The notes under the pieces: generated by a model
Database searches by the model: none
Told to the model about the DNA's origin: nothing
What the model saw: only the letters and a program-made list of their open reading frames with translations
Shown here: piece by piece, positions 1 to 15,150 of the stretch
Layout: the number at the start of each line of letters is the position of its first letter
Position numbering within the stretch: position 1 is the stretch's first letter
Assembly: GCA_000320545.1 (NCBI GenBank)
Contig: ADNK01000104.1
Span: 14,698 to 78,697, forward strand
Direction of reading: 5' to 3'
Length of the DNA stretch: 64,000 nucleotides
Origin: Bigelowiella natans CCMP2755
Lineage: Eukaryota; Protista; Cercozoa
Made by a program: the position numbers and the translations under genes

Positions 1-701
1 AGGGGGGCGGTGGATTCTTGGCGGCGGGGATTGGTGAGGGTAGCAGACACTACAGTATGTAGTCCCTACCGAGGGATGGGGTCCCTGGCAAGGGTAGGTT
101 GTGAGAGTGTCTGTGTGATTTGATGTTGCACGACGGTCATGGCAAGTTATGGATTGATACGGGTCGGATTCCCGATTGGACTGGATAAGGACATTTTTCG
201 GTTAAGACAGCTTATTTTGGTTGTCGCAGGCACCAGATCGGACAGAGAAGGAACGCTCCTTGAGCGCTCTCGGAAGCACGTCGGGATGGCGCTCAATGCT
301 GCAGGTGGAGGCCAACCTAACCCACCACCTGCCCCCCATCTACGCCTTTATGTTTTGATGTATTGGTGTGGATACGAGCAGGCGAATGGTCACATCCCTT
401 AGTGTTGTTCCCGGCAGTGCTCGGTGGTGCCAGTTCAATGTTTTGGATGCCAGATAACGTCTGATTTGAAACGATTTTGTCTTTGGCAATAAGTTGCGAT
501 GGACGTGGCGGGAGTGGTCTGGGTTGAATCTGTCCACGCTGCGGAAAATTATGATTCTGGAGTTGGTGAGATCATCGCCATGAGTCGCTTGTAGACCTCA
601 TTAACTGACAAGTATGTTTTTTCGGGTTGAGAAGTCCTCACGCTAGGATGGGCTCTTCTGGCCATCGGTGAGTAGTGTAGAGTTTCTTCTCCATTCCTAC
701 A

Positions 702-1492
702 GACTTATACGTTCCTCACTAAATGTTTAAAGGTGTAGTCTTCTCGGTCGCCTTTACAATTTTCCTATCCAGCCTGTACATATTCGGTGAGAAACCAAAC
801 CGTTCTCCACGACAAATCATTGAGCCTTTGCCATGAATAATGGCCTGACGTTTAAGGTTTGATTCATCTATCTGTCTCCCCAAACAAAAGGCTCCCCTTG
901 TGTAAGAGAAGAGGGACCTCTTGGTCCTGCAAAGCAGTACGGGGAAGATAACAAACATAGAGGCCAAACGAGAGCCTTAGCCAATGGAAAATCCAAATAC
1001 ATACTTAACGAACCATTCAAGGCTGACGTTCTTAGGTTTTACCTTAACCTCTTCTAAGACAACAATCCTTTCAAAAATAGCTTCTTTTCTTCCACGATCA
1101 GACTAAATTCCGTCGATAAAAAAGAGGGGGGGCCACCCTTAGGTCGCTATTGCTTTAGATAAACCCTGAATCTCTGTTGATCGTACACGTCCTCATGATT
1201 TATGGATATCTGTTGCTCTATTTAGGATCAATAGCGATGGCTATTGCTCCGGGGAGAAAAAGAGGAAGACATCAAAGGGTATTTGTACTGTCTTAGTGCA
1301 GCCCGCATGCGAAATCACTGAGACAGGCATTCTCATTTTACGTTCTGGCAGTTCAATGAAAGAGGCTACTCCAAATATTTCATATCCCCCTCTCTCCGCC
1401 CCCCACCAATTCTTTCTGTTTGCAAATGTTTTGTACCAGGATCTACAGGAGGATCTGAAGCGAATAAAGAGCTCACTTAATATTGACATGGT

Positions 1493-1530
<38 letters not shown>

Positions 1531-3151
1531 GCCACGCATGCTGCTCCAGATGCGTCGTTCAGTCTCTTTCTCCTGACATGGGGGGATTTCGTCACAGTTA
1601 TATATATTTTCTAAAATAAACTTCCAGGTGGTGACCTTGCTCACGCACCATGAAATGCAAGTCATGGAGTGTGCAGGTCGTTGAATCTAATGGTGGACGC
1701 TCGCGATGATTATGATGATGATGATGATGATGAACACAAGCAATTTCCAAGATATGCAACAACGATGCTTTTACTCAGATATGGGGGTCCGGTTGGAACG
1801 CTTAGGGATGCGATGGATACACTTCCCCGTGAGAATAACCCCGAAAATGCTTACCAAACTTCAAATTTTCTTTTTTAAAAGTTGAGGCCTGTGGTGCTCG
1901 GCCTTTTCTGTCTCGCAGTATACCTCTCTCGCTGGGCATATCTTTTTAGTACTGATGACGCTCTTGCGGTTCAAATTATCTAAACGCAAATGCTGTCTGT
2001 GTTACATAAGATTCGTGATAAATGGGTGCCTCTACCAGGACAGACGAAGGCATTCCTCAACGACCTGGTGAAACCAGAATTCTTTAAATTATATTTGCCA
2101 GTAAACTAAATAGAGCCCCGTATAATATATATTCTAAGAGTGCTCATTATCATCATCTTGCTCGTTTCCTCTTTTCTTCGGCTTGCATTGCTCTAAGATC
2201 GTGCCTATAGCCGAATCTCTGTGCGAAGGCAAACGGGTATTAGCTCCAGCACTAAATGCAGGCATGCACAGAGCAGAGTAGCAGTAGTAACAGCAGAAAA
2301 TACACACTAATTTGACCAGGATCAAAGCTGACTTGTATGGTTGTATGATAAAGTCACGGATATCATTGACGCAGTTTCGTAATCTTTACTACACAACGCT
2401 TATACCCATAGATTCTCGTGCATTGTAATGGTGGAAAGGGGCGCACAGGAACGGTGGTGGCTGCAACACTAGGTGTGTTTAGTGGTGAAGCTAAAGGGGA
2501 TTTTGAGTGTCTTTCATTCATGCCATAAAACCCGTTTCCATGTGGACTTTGTTGGCCAATCCAATGATATGTTTAATCTGCGTTCTGTACCTTTCTTTAC
2601 GTATTATCGAAGCATCAAATATTGTCCGAGCGCATACGAAATGGCCCGATGAAGAGCATGGAGGCACAGTAGCAGCAGGTTCGGTCAGGATTGCTCAGTA
2701 CCTCTCTCCCTCTCGATTGGATTTTTGCCCGGATAGAGACCGTGGCTATTACTAATGTGGTTTTCAACTTTTCAGAGTCTTTAGGATGTCTGTCCGGGAC
2801 TTTTCTTAAAGACGCTATTGCGCGAATGAGAAAGGCGAGACCAGGAATGGTAGATGAGTCTTCTGGAAGATTCAGAAATGATAGAGAATAGAAAGGAATA
2901 CTAGCAGCAAAATTAGACACGGTTTTTGCCATGAATTAAATTTCTTGTAGCAGCGCAAGTAGATTTCGGTATTATTATATAGAATCATACTACATTGCCA
3001 AGGTATCACTGATACATTCATTTGTTTTTCAGTTGAAGAATCCCCTGCAGCAGCTCTATCTTCTCACACACATTTATAGACAAAGGTTCTAGTAAGGGCA
3101 GTCGATATGCCACCTGATCTCATCATCAATCTCACTGTGAGACTGTTATAG
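702..3151 (+). CDS. CDKN3/KAP-like dual-specificity protein phosphatase, multi-exon; 5' end unresolved and may extend left
   Basis: Spliced exons read GSIAMAIAPGRKRGRHQR|DLQEDLKRIKSSLNIDM|VVTLLTHHEMQVMECA|DMGVRLERLGMRWIHFP|IRDKWVPLPGQTKAFLNDL|IVPIAESLCEGKR|ILVHCNGGKGRTGTVVAATL...AIARMRKARPGM|LKNPLQQLYL. The PTP loop HCxxGxGRTG is at ~2412-2471. Confidence 0.85.
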
Positions 3152-3805
3152 CATCGCACGCACATGCACCGCTTCGAGTTTATAGTTCTAGACCAATGAA
3201 ACGATTAATTGTGGGCCTTTAATTAACATTTTCATCACGATCTAAGTTTAATTGTATTTACTGCCTGTAAGAGAACACGTGCAGCCGTGATTAACATAAT
3301 TTGTCACCATGAATATTGCTCGATCGCGCTGTAGACTGCATGCTGTATAGCGGTCAAGTTTGAAAACATAAATTGATGCACGAGCAATGGCACTGCGGAT
3401 ACTTTGTTGTCATGTACATCACAATCTATATATCCATTATACCATAGCGGTAGCAGATCTTGAGGTACATGTGTTTCTTGCAACCGTATCGTAGGCGCAC
3501 AGTTGTGAAGCATTACACGCATAGCGTCTCGGCATCCATTTCTGCTCACTCACCGATCGTATATGGATAACGCTCTATTTAGCGCTTAATTTAATTGTGC
3601 ATATCTAGTAGACACATTAAAGTGGCACAAATACCACGCTCCTTCCACTACGATACGATGAGCACCGCAAGCCTGTCTCACTTTCATGCAATATGTTAAA
3701 GTTTATGTCGCTTTCATATCACCACCGGCGTGTTGCACAAACGCACATGCACTAGTGCACAGGAGCTGCAAAGGAGCGAGGCATTAGTTCTCATTCCGCC
3801 AGCTA

Positions 3806-5619
<1,814 letters not shown>

Positions 5620-5846
5620 GAGGAGGGGGGGCGGGGGCCGAGACGAAGCGCGGAGCAGGTTTCCTCCGACGATTCCGGTTCCAAATATTGCCGCAAAAAC
5701 GTTCGTGGATATGTTTCCATTTTATTGCTGCGACAATGAAAATTGTTGTCGCAACTCCAAAATCCCTCTGGATCCCCCACGCTAACCCTGCCCCCAGAGC
5801 TTGCGGACGGGTGTCACCACCACCACCACCCACCACCACCACCACC

Positions 5847-6946
5847 ATGCAGCAGACCATGACGGGGTTTGAGAAGATGCTGCTCCGCAAGGGCATGCGC
5901 ATCAACAAGAGGCTACCGATAAAGATCCACGATTGGAAGATCTTCCGGGGCGACCGGGTGCTAGTCCGCACAGGGCCGAGCAAGGGAGAGGTAGTAGCAT
6001 TTATTACGAAGGGAGAGGGTGGAAAAGAGTTTCATTCTAATCACGCCTTTCTTCGGGACCAATGAGAGGCAATTCTCACATGCTCCCTCTTCGTTTTTGG
6101 CCTTACCCCCCCCCCCCCCCCAAACATCCATGCTAAATCCACGAGTAGTAGCTTCCCCACAGGGGAACTGAAATCATCGTTTTCCTCTTGATGATGCTTC
6201 GATTCCCTACACATTAAGAATCGTATGTATAAATATTATACACACACATGGATTGTTCACATAGACCGGTCGGGTCGTAGCGTGCGACAAGTACAAGAAT
6301 CGTGTCGTCGTGGAGGGCGTCAACCTAAGGAGAAGGCTGCGGAATGGGAAGTTCGTGATGGCGGAGGACACAATACACTATTCAAACGTCAACCTACTGG
6401 ACCCTGAGACGGGAAAACCGACGCGAGTGAAGTGGAGGTTCCTCGAGGATGGCGAAAAGGTGAGGATAGCTGTCAAGTCGGGGGCCATGATACCGATCCC
6501 TGACCAGAAAGAATTCGACCCGCCCAAAAAACCTTTCAACGAGCAGAAGGATACTGGATTGGACCTCGCAATGAAAGACGTAAGATAATTTATGCCGATG
6601 GTGAATGTGCTTGTAGTGGTGGTGATAATGGGAAGGAAGAGGGTTAGAAAGTGACGCAGAGTAGCCAGGGAGAAGTCTCACAACATGACTTGAAGCGACA
6701 GCACAGCAGTAGTAGTTTGTGATTTTCCCCTGCCCGTCCCTCTTCACTCTTTTCCGAGGATGCTTGTATACGGCATCATGTTATCTGGGTCCTTCCCACA
6801 GCTACTTCATTATTACAACAGAGAGAAAATGATAACTATTTCCGCTATGTTGTTTGCAGACGTACACCGCTGCCAAGGAAGCAGCAGCAGCTGCCCAGGA
6901 AGAGGATGAAGTTGTCGTTGCGGAAGAGATAACGCCCAAGTCGTAG
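5847..6946 (+). CDS. MRPL24: Mitochondrial ribosomal protein uL24m, 3 exons
   Basis: KOW motif WKIFRGDRVLVRTGPSKGE|TGRVVACDKYKNRVVVEGVN, then IHYSNVNLLDPETGKPTRVKWRFLEDGEKVRIAVKSGAMIPIP; last exon TYTAAKE...PKS*. Confidence 0.9.
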
Positions 6947-7094
6947 ATCTAGCTCCCTAGATTCGCATAGAGCATTGTAGCAGCCCACTCTACACCGTTG
7001 CGACCGCGGATACTGACTTATCCAACATGTTTATATAATACAATGTGCTTGAATTTGCATACTGATTTGCAATACGATGCTGCATGCCTGCATA

Positions 7095-7149
<55 letters not shown>

Positions 7150-7223
7150 GCGCCATGCACAAATATATCCAAACTATTGCTTATAGCTGACTTCAGTAAA
7201 TAAAACATTTAAGAAAACTTAGA

Positions 7224-7445
7224 GGCAGAGCCCTTTAGGCCATGCCGCGTACGCACGTACGAACACATGTAGTTTCACACACATGTTCTTAACATCATAT
7301 GTCGTTTTATACATATGTTCTTACCCAAAACACACATGTACCAAAAGCACATATGTTCTAAAGCACACATGGTCTATGTCACATATGTTCTGAAGTACAC
7401 ATGTGCTGTTAAAGGCGGTACGCGGCAGAGCCCTTTAGGTATGCC
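7224..7445. mobile_element. Small MITE-like element: 9-bp terminal inverted repeats, long flanking direct repeat, internal ~16-bp periodic ACA(C/T)ATGT array
   Basis: GGCAGAGCCCTTTAGG at 7224-7239 and 7424-7439; GCCGCGTAC (7244-7252) and GTACGCGGC (7418-7426) are inverted; nine ACAYATGT-like motifs lie between them. Confidence 0.55.
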
Positions 7446-7847
7446 TAAAATAAATGCGCGTGGCCTTTGTCAAGCGTAGACATATTTTCAGGCTCAACCA
7501 CATATACGCATACTTGTTTTACTTATTAATCAAATAACAGTTAATGTCGAGCGCTGATGTATCAGCAAGACTCATGCAATATGATGTGAGTTAGCGTGTT
7601 GGTGTGCTATGGACAACCTATGCTGCATCATTATCATCATCATCATCGCTAATATGGATATGTATTGCAAACATGAGAAGGATGTAATGATATGATAAAA
7701 AAAAATCCAATACATTGTGCCACCCTAATGTAGCTATGCAAAGCGGCGGCTACAACGCTTAAGTTGTATGTGTTGGTTAAGACATGACTAACGTTTAACA
7801 ATAGGTGCCATCATGAAAACATACAAGTGCCGTCATCATGCTATGCT

Positions 7848-8995
7848 CTACTGGCTGTTGCAGTGCGAGGGATTTATATGCCTAAAGCCGAAGATGACAT
7901 GCATAGACTCCCCAATTTCCAAGGGCTTCCGGAAATGGACGTGCTCAGGACCTCGGTACATCAATGCGTCGTTTGGCTGAAGCTCCTGCAACACATAACA
8001 ACGCCCTTAAATACATAATATATATATATATATATATATATATAAGTCACACGTGCGGATGATAATATCATACGCAAGAGCGAAGCCTCGCTTCCTCTTC
8101 ACCACCGCTCTAATTAAATCACCACTGGACGCATGACATCCTTGCTGCGACTGTTCGCATTGATGCTTCGCTTTCGCTGTGACTATTGCCTCACCACTGG
8201 GATTGCGTCTTCTTCGCCTCTTCCCTTTGGTGAAATGTACAGCGGCCACGCAGCAGCAGCAGCAGCAGCAGCAGAAGAAGAAGAAGAAGAAGAAGAAGAA
8301 GAAGAAGAGTCGCCACGAATTCCACTGGAGACAATCCGCCCAAGATTCAGCGAAAGCGACAACTGCAAAGAATCAATCCAATAGAAACAGATATACGAAC
8401 GACCAGGCATGTGGTAAGCACACGTTGCACTCTGCAGCAGCAGTATTATTCCATAACCAAACCTCCCTCCTCCCCCCTCTCCGAAACACTTGGGGGAGAA
8501 TGTGGAATGACGTACCTCATTCTGATGTCGGTCTGTGTGCGGGAGAATCAGCCCCCCCTCATGGTAGATGATGGAGAACGCGTAAGTGGCTACTGACCCC
8601 ACTCTGAATGGGCATAGGAGGAGGAGGAGGAGGAGGAGGGGCAGCAAGGGGGGGAGGGGAAAGTGGGGACGAAGAAGAAAATAAGGTATACTCGCTTTAA
8701 AAACTCTTCCACACACACACGCACGCACGCACGCACACACATGCACACAAACCCATTTCATAACCAACACGATATATGATAAAATATGGTCAGATTTGCA
8801 GTCTCTGCATCATCATTTTCATCATCATCAGGCCATTGCCACTCTGGGTTCTTCTCTTGCATGATTCGCGGGAAGATACATGCATACAGGGGCCCACCCT
8901 GCGATCTTAGACACCAGAGGCGCGAGGTTCATATTGACGAACACGCTCAGCTCCTCATTCGTGATTGTTGTGCGTCTGGACGGATATCATTATAT

Positions 8996-9049
<54 letters not shown>

Positions 9050-9123
9050 AGAAAGAGACGGGAATAAGGAGAGAGGCTTTGGCGGAGTAACATAGACAAA
9101 GAGATAGATACAAGAGAAGGAGA

Positions 9124-9167
<44 letters not shown>

Positions 9168-9433
9168 TGTGGGCAGGAGATCTTCCTCGCAGCATAATGA
9201 GTGCCAACAAAAGGGCGAAATCACGGTCACCGTTGATTTGGGACGTAGGAAAGCAACTCTGATGCGGCATTCTCATGAGAGAAGAGAGATCGATGCCGCT
9301 TCAGTAAGGCCAAGAAGTACCTAAAGATGACAACGATTTAACACAATTACTCTCCCCCCCCCTTTCCCCTGTAGTAGCCTCATGCATGCCAACAAATCGA
9401 TTTTGCATCTCTCAAAAGCACACACACACACAT

Positions 9434-9483
<50 letters not shown>

Positions 9484-10263
9484 CTAGTAGCACCATTCCC
9501 TAGTCCTGCTACAGCGTGCTGCTGCTGCTGCTACTACTACTAGTACTATTGGTACTACTCGTCTGTGAGGAGCCCCCTCAAGACTGTATAGCCTTTGGAT
9601 CGAAAGCCGTTCTCCACCACTGGAAATGACTGAGGAGGCGTCCAGACGCTGCTGCTGCTACTTGGAAGCTGTTGTCCAGTCCACGGGGGGACACACGAGG
9701 CTTCTGGTGCCGAAGAAGAAGATGAGCACAAGGGGGGGGGGGAGGGTTGGCCTTGCTTTACATTCTGGCGCGACCCCCCCTCCTCTTCCACCCCCCCACC
9801 TTCCCCCCTCAAGAGCGAATGGACGTTGCTGAAGACATCGCGCGTGCATGCACGAATCGGGTCTTGGGGGGGGGGCTTCTGATGGACCGAGTTGAAGAGT
9901 GAGAGGACGTGCGAGCATACCCTCCTCCGGATCTCTCCATGCTTGTGGTAGTAGCGGCGGCGATAGCCCGAAGGCGAAGAAGGATGAGAGGGGGAAGGTG
10001 ACGACGATAGCGGGCAATGAGGAAGGAGAAGAGGAGACCTTGTTTCCCCATTATTAGCATCCTCGTAACCATCGCTACTGCTGCCACCGCTGCTACTGCT
10101 ACCGCTGCTACTTATGCAAATAGGGGCTTCCCCGAGCTAAGAAAGAAGAGAATGGATGGGGAAGAAGAAGAAGGAGGAGAAGAAGGAGAGAGGAATAAGC
10201 TTGTGAGGGAATAGCATTGAGAATCGCTCGAATAGATAACAAACAAACAATGATATACATGTC

Positions 10264-10318
<55 letters not shown>

Positions 10319-10892
10319 ACATCCTCCGATTTTTTAAACTAAAAAATTGGATACGTGATGATCTGCTGCTGCTGCTGCTATTCTGCTGTGCTACTGAAGG
10401 GTGGGAAGGAACACGATGACTCACCGCTGGACACCACTGTGTATAGGCTAGTGATTGTTATGCTCACTTCGACTATAACACCAGTTGCGGTAGTAGCAGT
10501 AGTAGTAGTAGTAGTAGTAGTAGCTTGTAGAAGAAGAGCGGTGTTGGTTTTTAGAAGCACGCTAATTCTACTGATGACGGGGTTACGACAGGCCAACCTG
10601 TGCGGCTACGAAGTGGAGAGTGAAGAGGAGGTTGGACCTGAATCATAGCACTCGTCGTCGTCGTCATCATCATCATCATCATCATCGTCACAGAAGCGCA
10701 TCCAGGTTCTGTTTGGAATCAATCTCCATACTACCTCAAATCCGGCGCGTACATCCTCGCTGTTCTTCTACCCCCCATCGTCTCACCATAGTTATCGAGA
10801 AGAGAGTGCTGAGCCTCGCTCATTGCCTGGATACAGGCGCACGTAATCACTCTTCTCAGCCATCAATTCTTCGCCGCTGTTATCGCTCGACA

Positions 10893-10923
<31 letters not shown>

Positions 10924-11744
10924 TTACACAATCACACAATCACACAATCACACGCATACGCATACGCACATGAACATGCGACACATATGCACACATATTT
11001 CTTCATACATGATAAATATCGCGTAGCAACATACTACCAGGATTTCCATGGCCTCGATCAAAGCCTGAAATGCAAGATGATGGCGGCCCTGGCCCATATA
11101 GATGCGTCCGAGCAGCAGGAGCGCGTCCATGTTGCGGTTTACCCTGATAATTAAGTTTTGTAAGAACAACAAGTGCTTTGCTAGATGTAAAAATACTTGT
11201 GTATATATGCGTAATTCTATATAAATTTGATTAGAATCGCGCAACAATGCTGGAAATCGCTTAGCGGCTTGGATTTTTCCTACAATTTTTTTTCCTTTTC
11301 AGCATTTATTTTAGAGTTGTGTTTATTTGTTTGTGCGTCTGCGCGGGCGTGTGCAGTGTACGCTTGTTTGTGTGCGATCGTGTCTGTCTACTGCATAGAG
11401 AAACCGGATGGATTGCAGGAAGGACCCTATCGCTTTCTCTGCTTCATCCTTCTGCGGAAATTCGTTGAACATTGTCATTCAAAATCTCGACATACTCAAA
11501 AACAGTTTCGGATGATGATTATGATGATGATGACGATGATGACGATTGCAATTGGCGAAGGATGATGCAACACTGGACGCATCTCGTTTCTCGTGACATA
11601 GGAAAACACCTCAATTTTTATCGCTGTACCGTCCTCAAAGTATGAATTGTTGCTCGAAATGGATCACTACTATTGCTGCTATTACCTGGCAGATGAGTTG
11701 ACCATGGAGCAGATAAACATCGTACGGTGTCCGCAAACTATAGT

Positions 11745-11775
<31 letters not shown>

Positions 11776-12361
11776 GAGGAGGAGGAGAAGGCTTAGAGTT
11801 CTCTGTTAGGTTACAAGCGAATACCACGCTGCTGCTACAACGGTCGCTGCTAACTTTGAGCGCCGTATTACTCCTACTATTGCTACTACTACTATTATTA
11901 CTGTTACTACCGTGCCATCTCTGCCGGTGTGGTGATGTTGTATGCTTTCATCATGTCGACCAGCTCGTCTAGACAGCACAACCAATCATCGTCACATACG
12001 TATACAACGAACGGGTTGAAGGAAATGGGAAGTAGAGCAAAATCTACACTTGTCATCACAAATCGTTTCTATCGTCTCCATGACCACGGCCATATTTATC
12101 AGTGTCATCACCATCATCACCATCATCACCATCATCACCATCATCATCATATTTACCCCAGGTTCGAGCGATAAGGTCCGCTTGCTCGTCAGCCTCGGAG
12201 ATAGACGTTGCGTATGGTGGCACACCTGTTGTGATCACAGGGCATGGTAGTTGCTGTAGCAGTCACAACCAGTGAGCGGCTAGGTGCTATATACTCGTTG
12301 AGAGCTTCCTAGCTCTCTATTCCCCGCATCTTCTACTGATTATTGATAGCTTCTGCTGCTA

Positions 12362-12402
<41 letters not shown>

Positions 12403-12945
12403 TGATTGTTACTAATGAGGATGATGACGATGATAAGGTTAAACTCATATTACTCGCTGCGTCTCTTAAAAGGTCGCCTTTAAGGCTCCGAAAGTTTGCG
12501 AGGGCGGTATCAATAGAATATTCACTTCCTGGGAGTCCCAATGCCACGGCAAAACATAGCAAAGCCTGAGACAGTTTCCTAACAAGGGAATCGTCACAAA
12601 TTCACGTCCTCAGATAGATAACACCAGGAGGAGACGTGCAGGTCCTAGCCCGCTTCGCAAAGAGATGCAGCGTGATCTGAGAATGTTTACGTAGGCGTAG
12701 ACTGACCCTTTCTCGAAAAGATCGACGCCTTTATCGTTCGCAATCGCTGCGGTCGCATCCTTCACGCCCACGAAGCATCCCTGATCAAGAATTCGGGGTA
12801 TATATTATCATCTATACCCGTCTCCCCTCGTCCCTTCCCCCCAAATACAAGTGACCTGGCGCGAGGCACCAGATGCCATTAAAAGGTGGAGAACGAAAAC
12901 TAAAATCGAGGAAGTCCCTCCTCTCTCTCCCCCCGTTGTCCACAT
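7848..12945 (-). CDS. TPR-containing 2OG-Fe(II) dioxygenase with hydrophobic N-terminus, many exons
   Basis: C-terminal exons FRSKGYTVLRGLL, TYAFSIIYHEGGLILPHTDRHQNE|LSLSLNLG...WPLYI...|ELQPNDALMYRGPEHVHFRKPL...MHVIFGF give HxD, the distal H and the 2OG-binding R. TPR-like exons include MDALLLLGRIYMGQGRHHLAFQALIEAMEIL and KDEAEKAIGSFLQSIRF. Start and middle exons are approximate. Confidence 0.75.
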
Positions 12946-13289
12946 TCCCGCAGCGAATCGCTCCGGCCGGGACGGGACGCGGAAGGGTGGCCGACGGTAG
13001 TGAAAACGGCCCTGATTTTGGTCCAGTAGCATTGACATGGAATGTCGCAGGGTCAATATCATCGACGACGAGCTTCCGATACCGAGAAATATCTGGAAAA
13101 GTTGATCCCAAGAACGGTCTTGACACAACATAAATTATAACACGCCGCGTTGATCTTTTTTTTTTCCATTTTCCCATGTATTAATGTTGTCGTCGGTGAT
13201 CTGTCGCAGGGCAGAATTCTTAGGTGTTTTCCTCGATCATCCCTCGTCCCGACGGTCCACCCGGGAATGGGCCCCGGTGTCATGCGTCC

Positions 13290-14413
13290 ATGAATGGGAT
13301 AGGGACCCGGCTAGCTCTCGTGGCCACGACGCTCTCGGTCACCGCACAAAACCAATAGAACGATTATGTCAGAAAGCATGCACAGAAGGGGAAGAAATCT
13401 TACAATTTTTGTGAACAATCATGCGTAGGTCTGCAACCTCGCCATTGCAGCATCAGCTGGTGGGGAGTCCTGTAGGCTTCAGCGAGCCTCCTTTGAGAAG
13501 ATGGGCTCAACGCTGGCCTTCACGCTGGATCTAAGGGGCGGAGCAGGCCAAACGCGAGTACTGCGTCGTCGGAAGAAGGGATGGCGGAGACGCGGCATCC
13601 TCCAGAAGAAACACAAAGTAGTTCGCAAAGGACATACGCAACACACACACACACACACATTGCATCAAGCACGCACATAACATATATAATGCTGCCAAAA
13701 AATCAAAAAAACCAAAATTCGTCACTTAGCATGAATAAATATGACGAATAATGTTTCATTCGATCAACCCATTTTTATATTCTTCCACTAGGGAGCGAGT
13801 AAACTCACAAGGTCACAGAGAGATCGACGCGAAATGCTAAAAGCAAGGTTTGCACTTTCGATACCTATCCTTGAATTGCTGACAACCGAATCATACAATA
13901 GGGCAAAACTAGCACAGAATAAAGCGAGTAGGAAAGGTATTCCAGAGGATGGTGACTCTTTTGACCAAGACTCTAGCGATAGTGAGAATTCAGATCCTTT
14001 TGGAAGACACCATGATGATTCGCAGAAGCAAACGGACCAAGACCAGCGAAATGAGAAAGAAAACGATCTTGAAGAAGAAGAAAAAGAAGAAGAAGGAAAA
14101 GAAGAAGAAGAAAAAAGGAATGCAGCGACGCCTATAAATAGTAAAACGGTACTTAAAAGGAGCAAGGAGATGATAAGAGCTAAACGCGTTGGAATCCGGC
14201 CCGCACTTAGCCTTACTACTCGGTACAATTTTGATGTGTATGTATGTGTGAGCAGACGCGTGTTGCATGTGTGTGCGTATTGAGTATAAGTGTTTTGAAA
14301 GTGGGTGTTCGTAGTGATAGTAGTGGTAATAGTTGTAGTCTCCTGAGACTTTTATCTGGTACAGGAGTGTGAAGCGTTCCCGAATCAAGACTGATAGGAT
14401 AACAAAATTATGA
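13290..14413 (+). CDS. Hypothetical protein with signal-peptide-like N-terminus, LRGG motif and acidic/basic low-complexity tail
   Basis: MNGIGTRLALVATTLS|VCNLAIAASAGG...LDLRGGAGQTR|GASKLTRSQRDRREMLKARF...LTTR|SVKRSRIKTDRITKL*; the GT-AG junctions are in frame. Confidence 0.5.
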
Positions 14414-15033
14414 AACAAGGATAATTTACATGGGAGCACAATTAATTCGATATTTGTACATCTCCAAGCACAAGTGACGTCATTCATTCATTAAATGATG
14501 CGTGGTACACGGATAATGTACACATGCTTCATAAAATACAAACCCACGAATTTGGTTGCGCCATCTACCAATTACCTTACATTATTTAGTCACATGCATG
14601 GCCCCGATTTACTATGGCAACGACAATATCTTTATGATTTTCCCCACATTTTTTTAATATGTAGTTACACATATATACAATATCTATATGAATTTAAACG
14701 TATAGTCTCTCTACTCAACCTGCAAAACATGCTAGGAAGTAAGAACAAGGAGGGTAGCATAACTGAAGGCTCTGCACCGCTGCAATTGAATGTGAAGGTG
14801 TTGGCAGCATGTTATGCATGCCGGAGCATTGTAGTCATAGCAATGAATGACTGCCGAAGCGTCTGCATTGTGAATGTACGAGCAAGATTTGCTGCGCAAG
14901 CTTCTGCAGCGTTGATGATTATTTTATTGTTTTATACGTGCTTCTAAATCACTCTGCATGCTGACTACCAATACTTTCATTGCAATACGATATTATCACA
15001 TAGACGTAAAAGTTTCTCTTCTCCCTCCCCTCC

Positions 15034-15150
<117 letters not shown>

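Noticed and set aside
1-1240. Possible minus-strand retroelement relic
   Set aside because: No RT, RNase H or integrase motif. Plus-strand GT-AG exons lead in frame into the phosphatase gene; 1-700 is unresolved.
7263-7404. CRISPR-like repeat-spacer pattern
   Set aside because: Repeats and spacers are ~8 bp, far too short; eukaryotic context and no cas genes.
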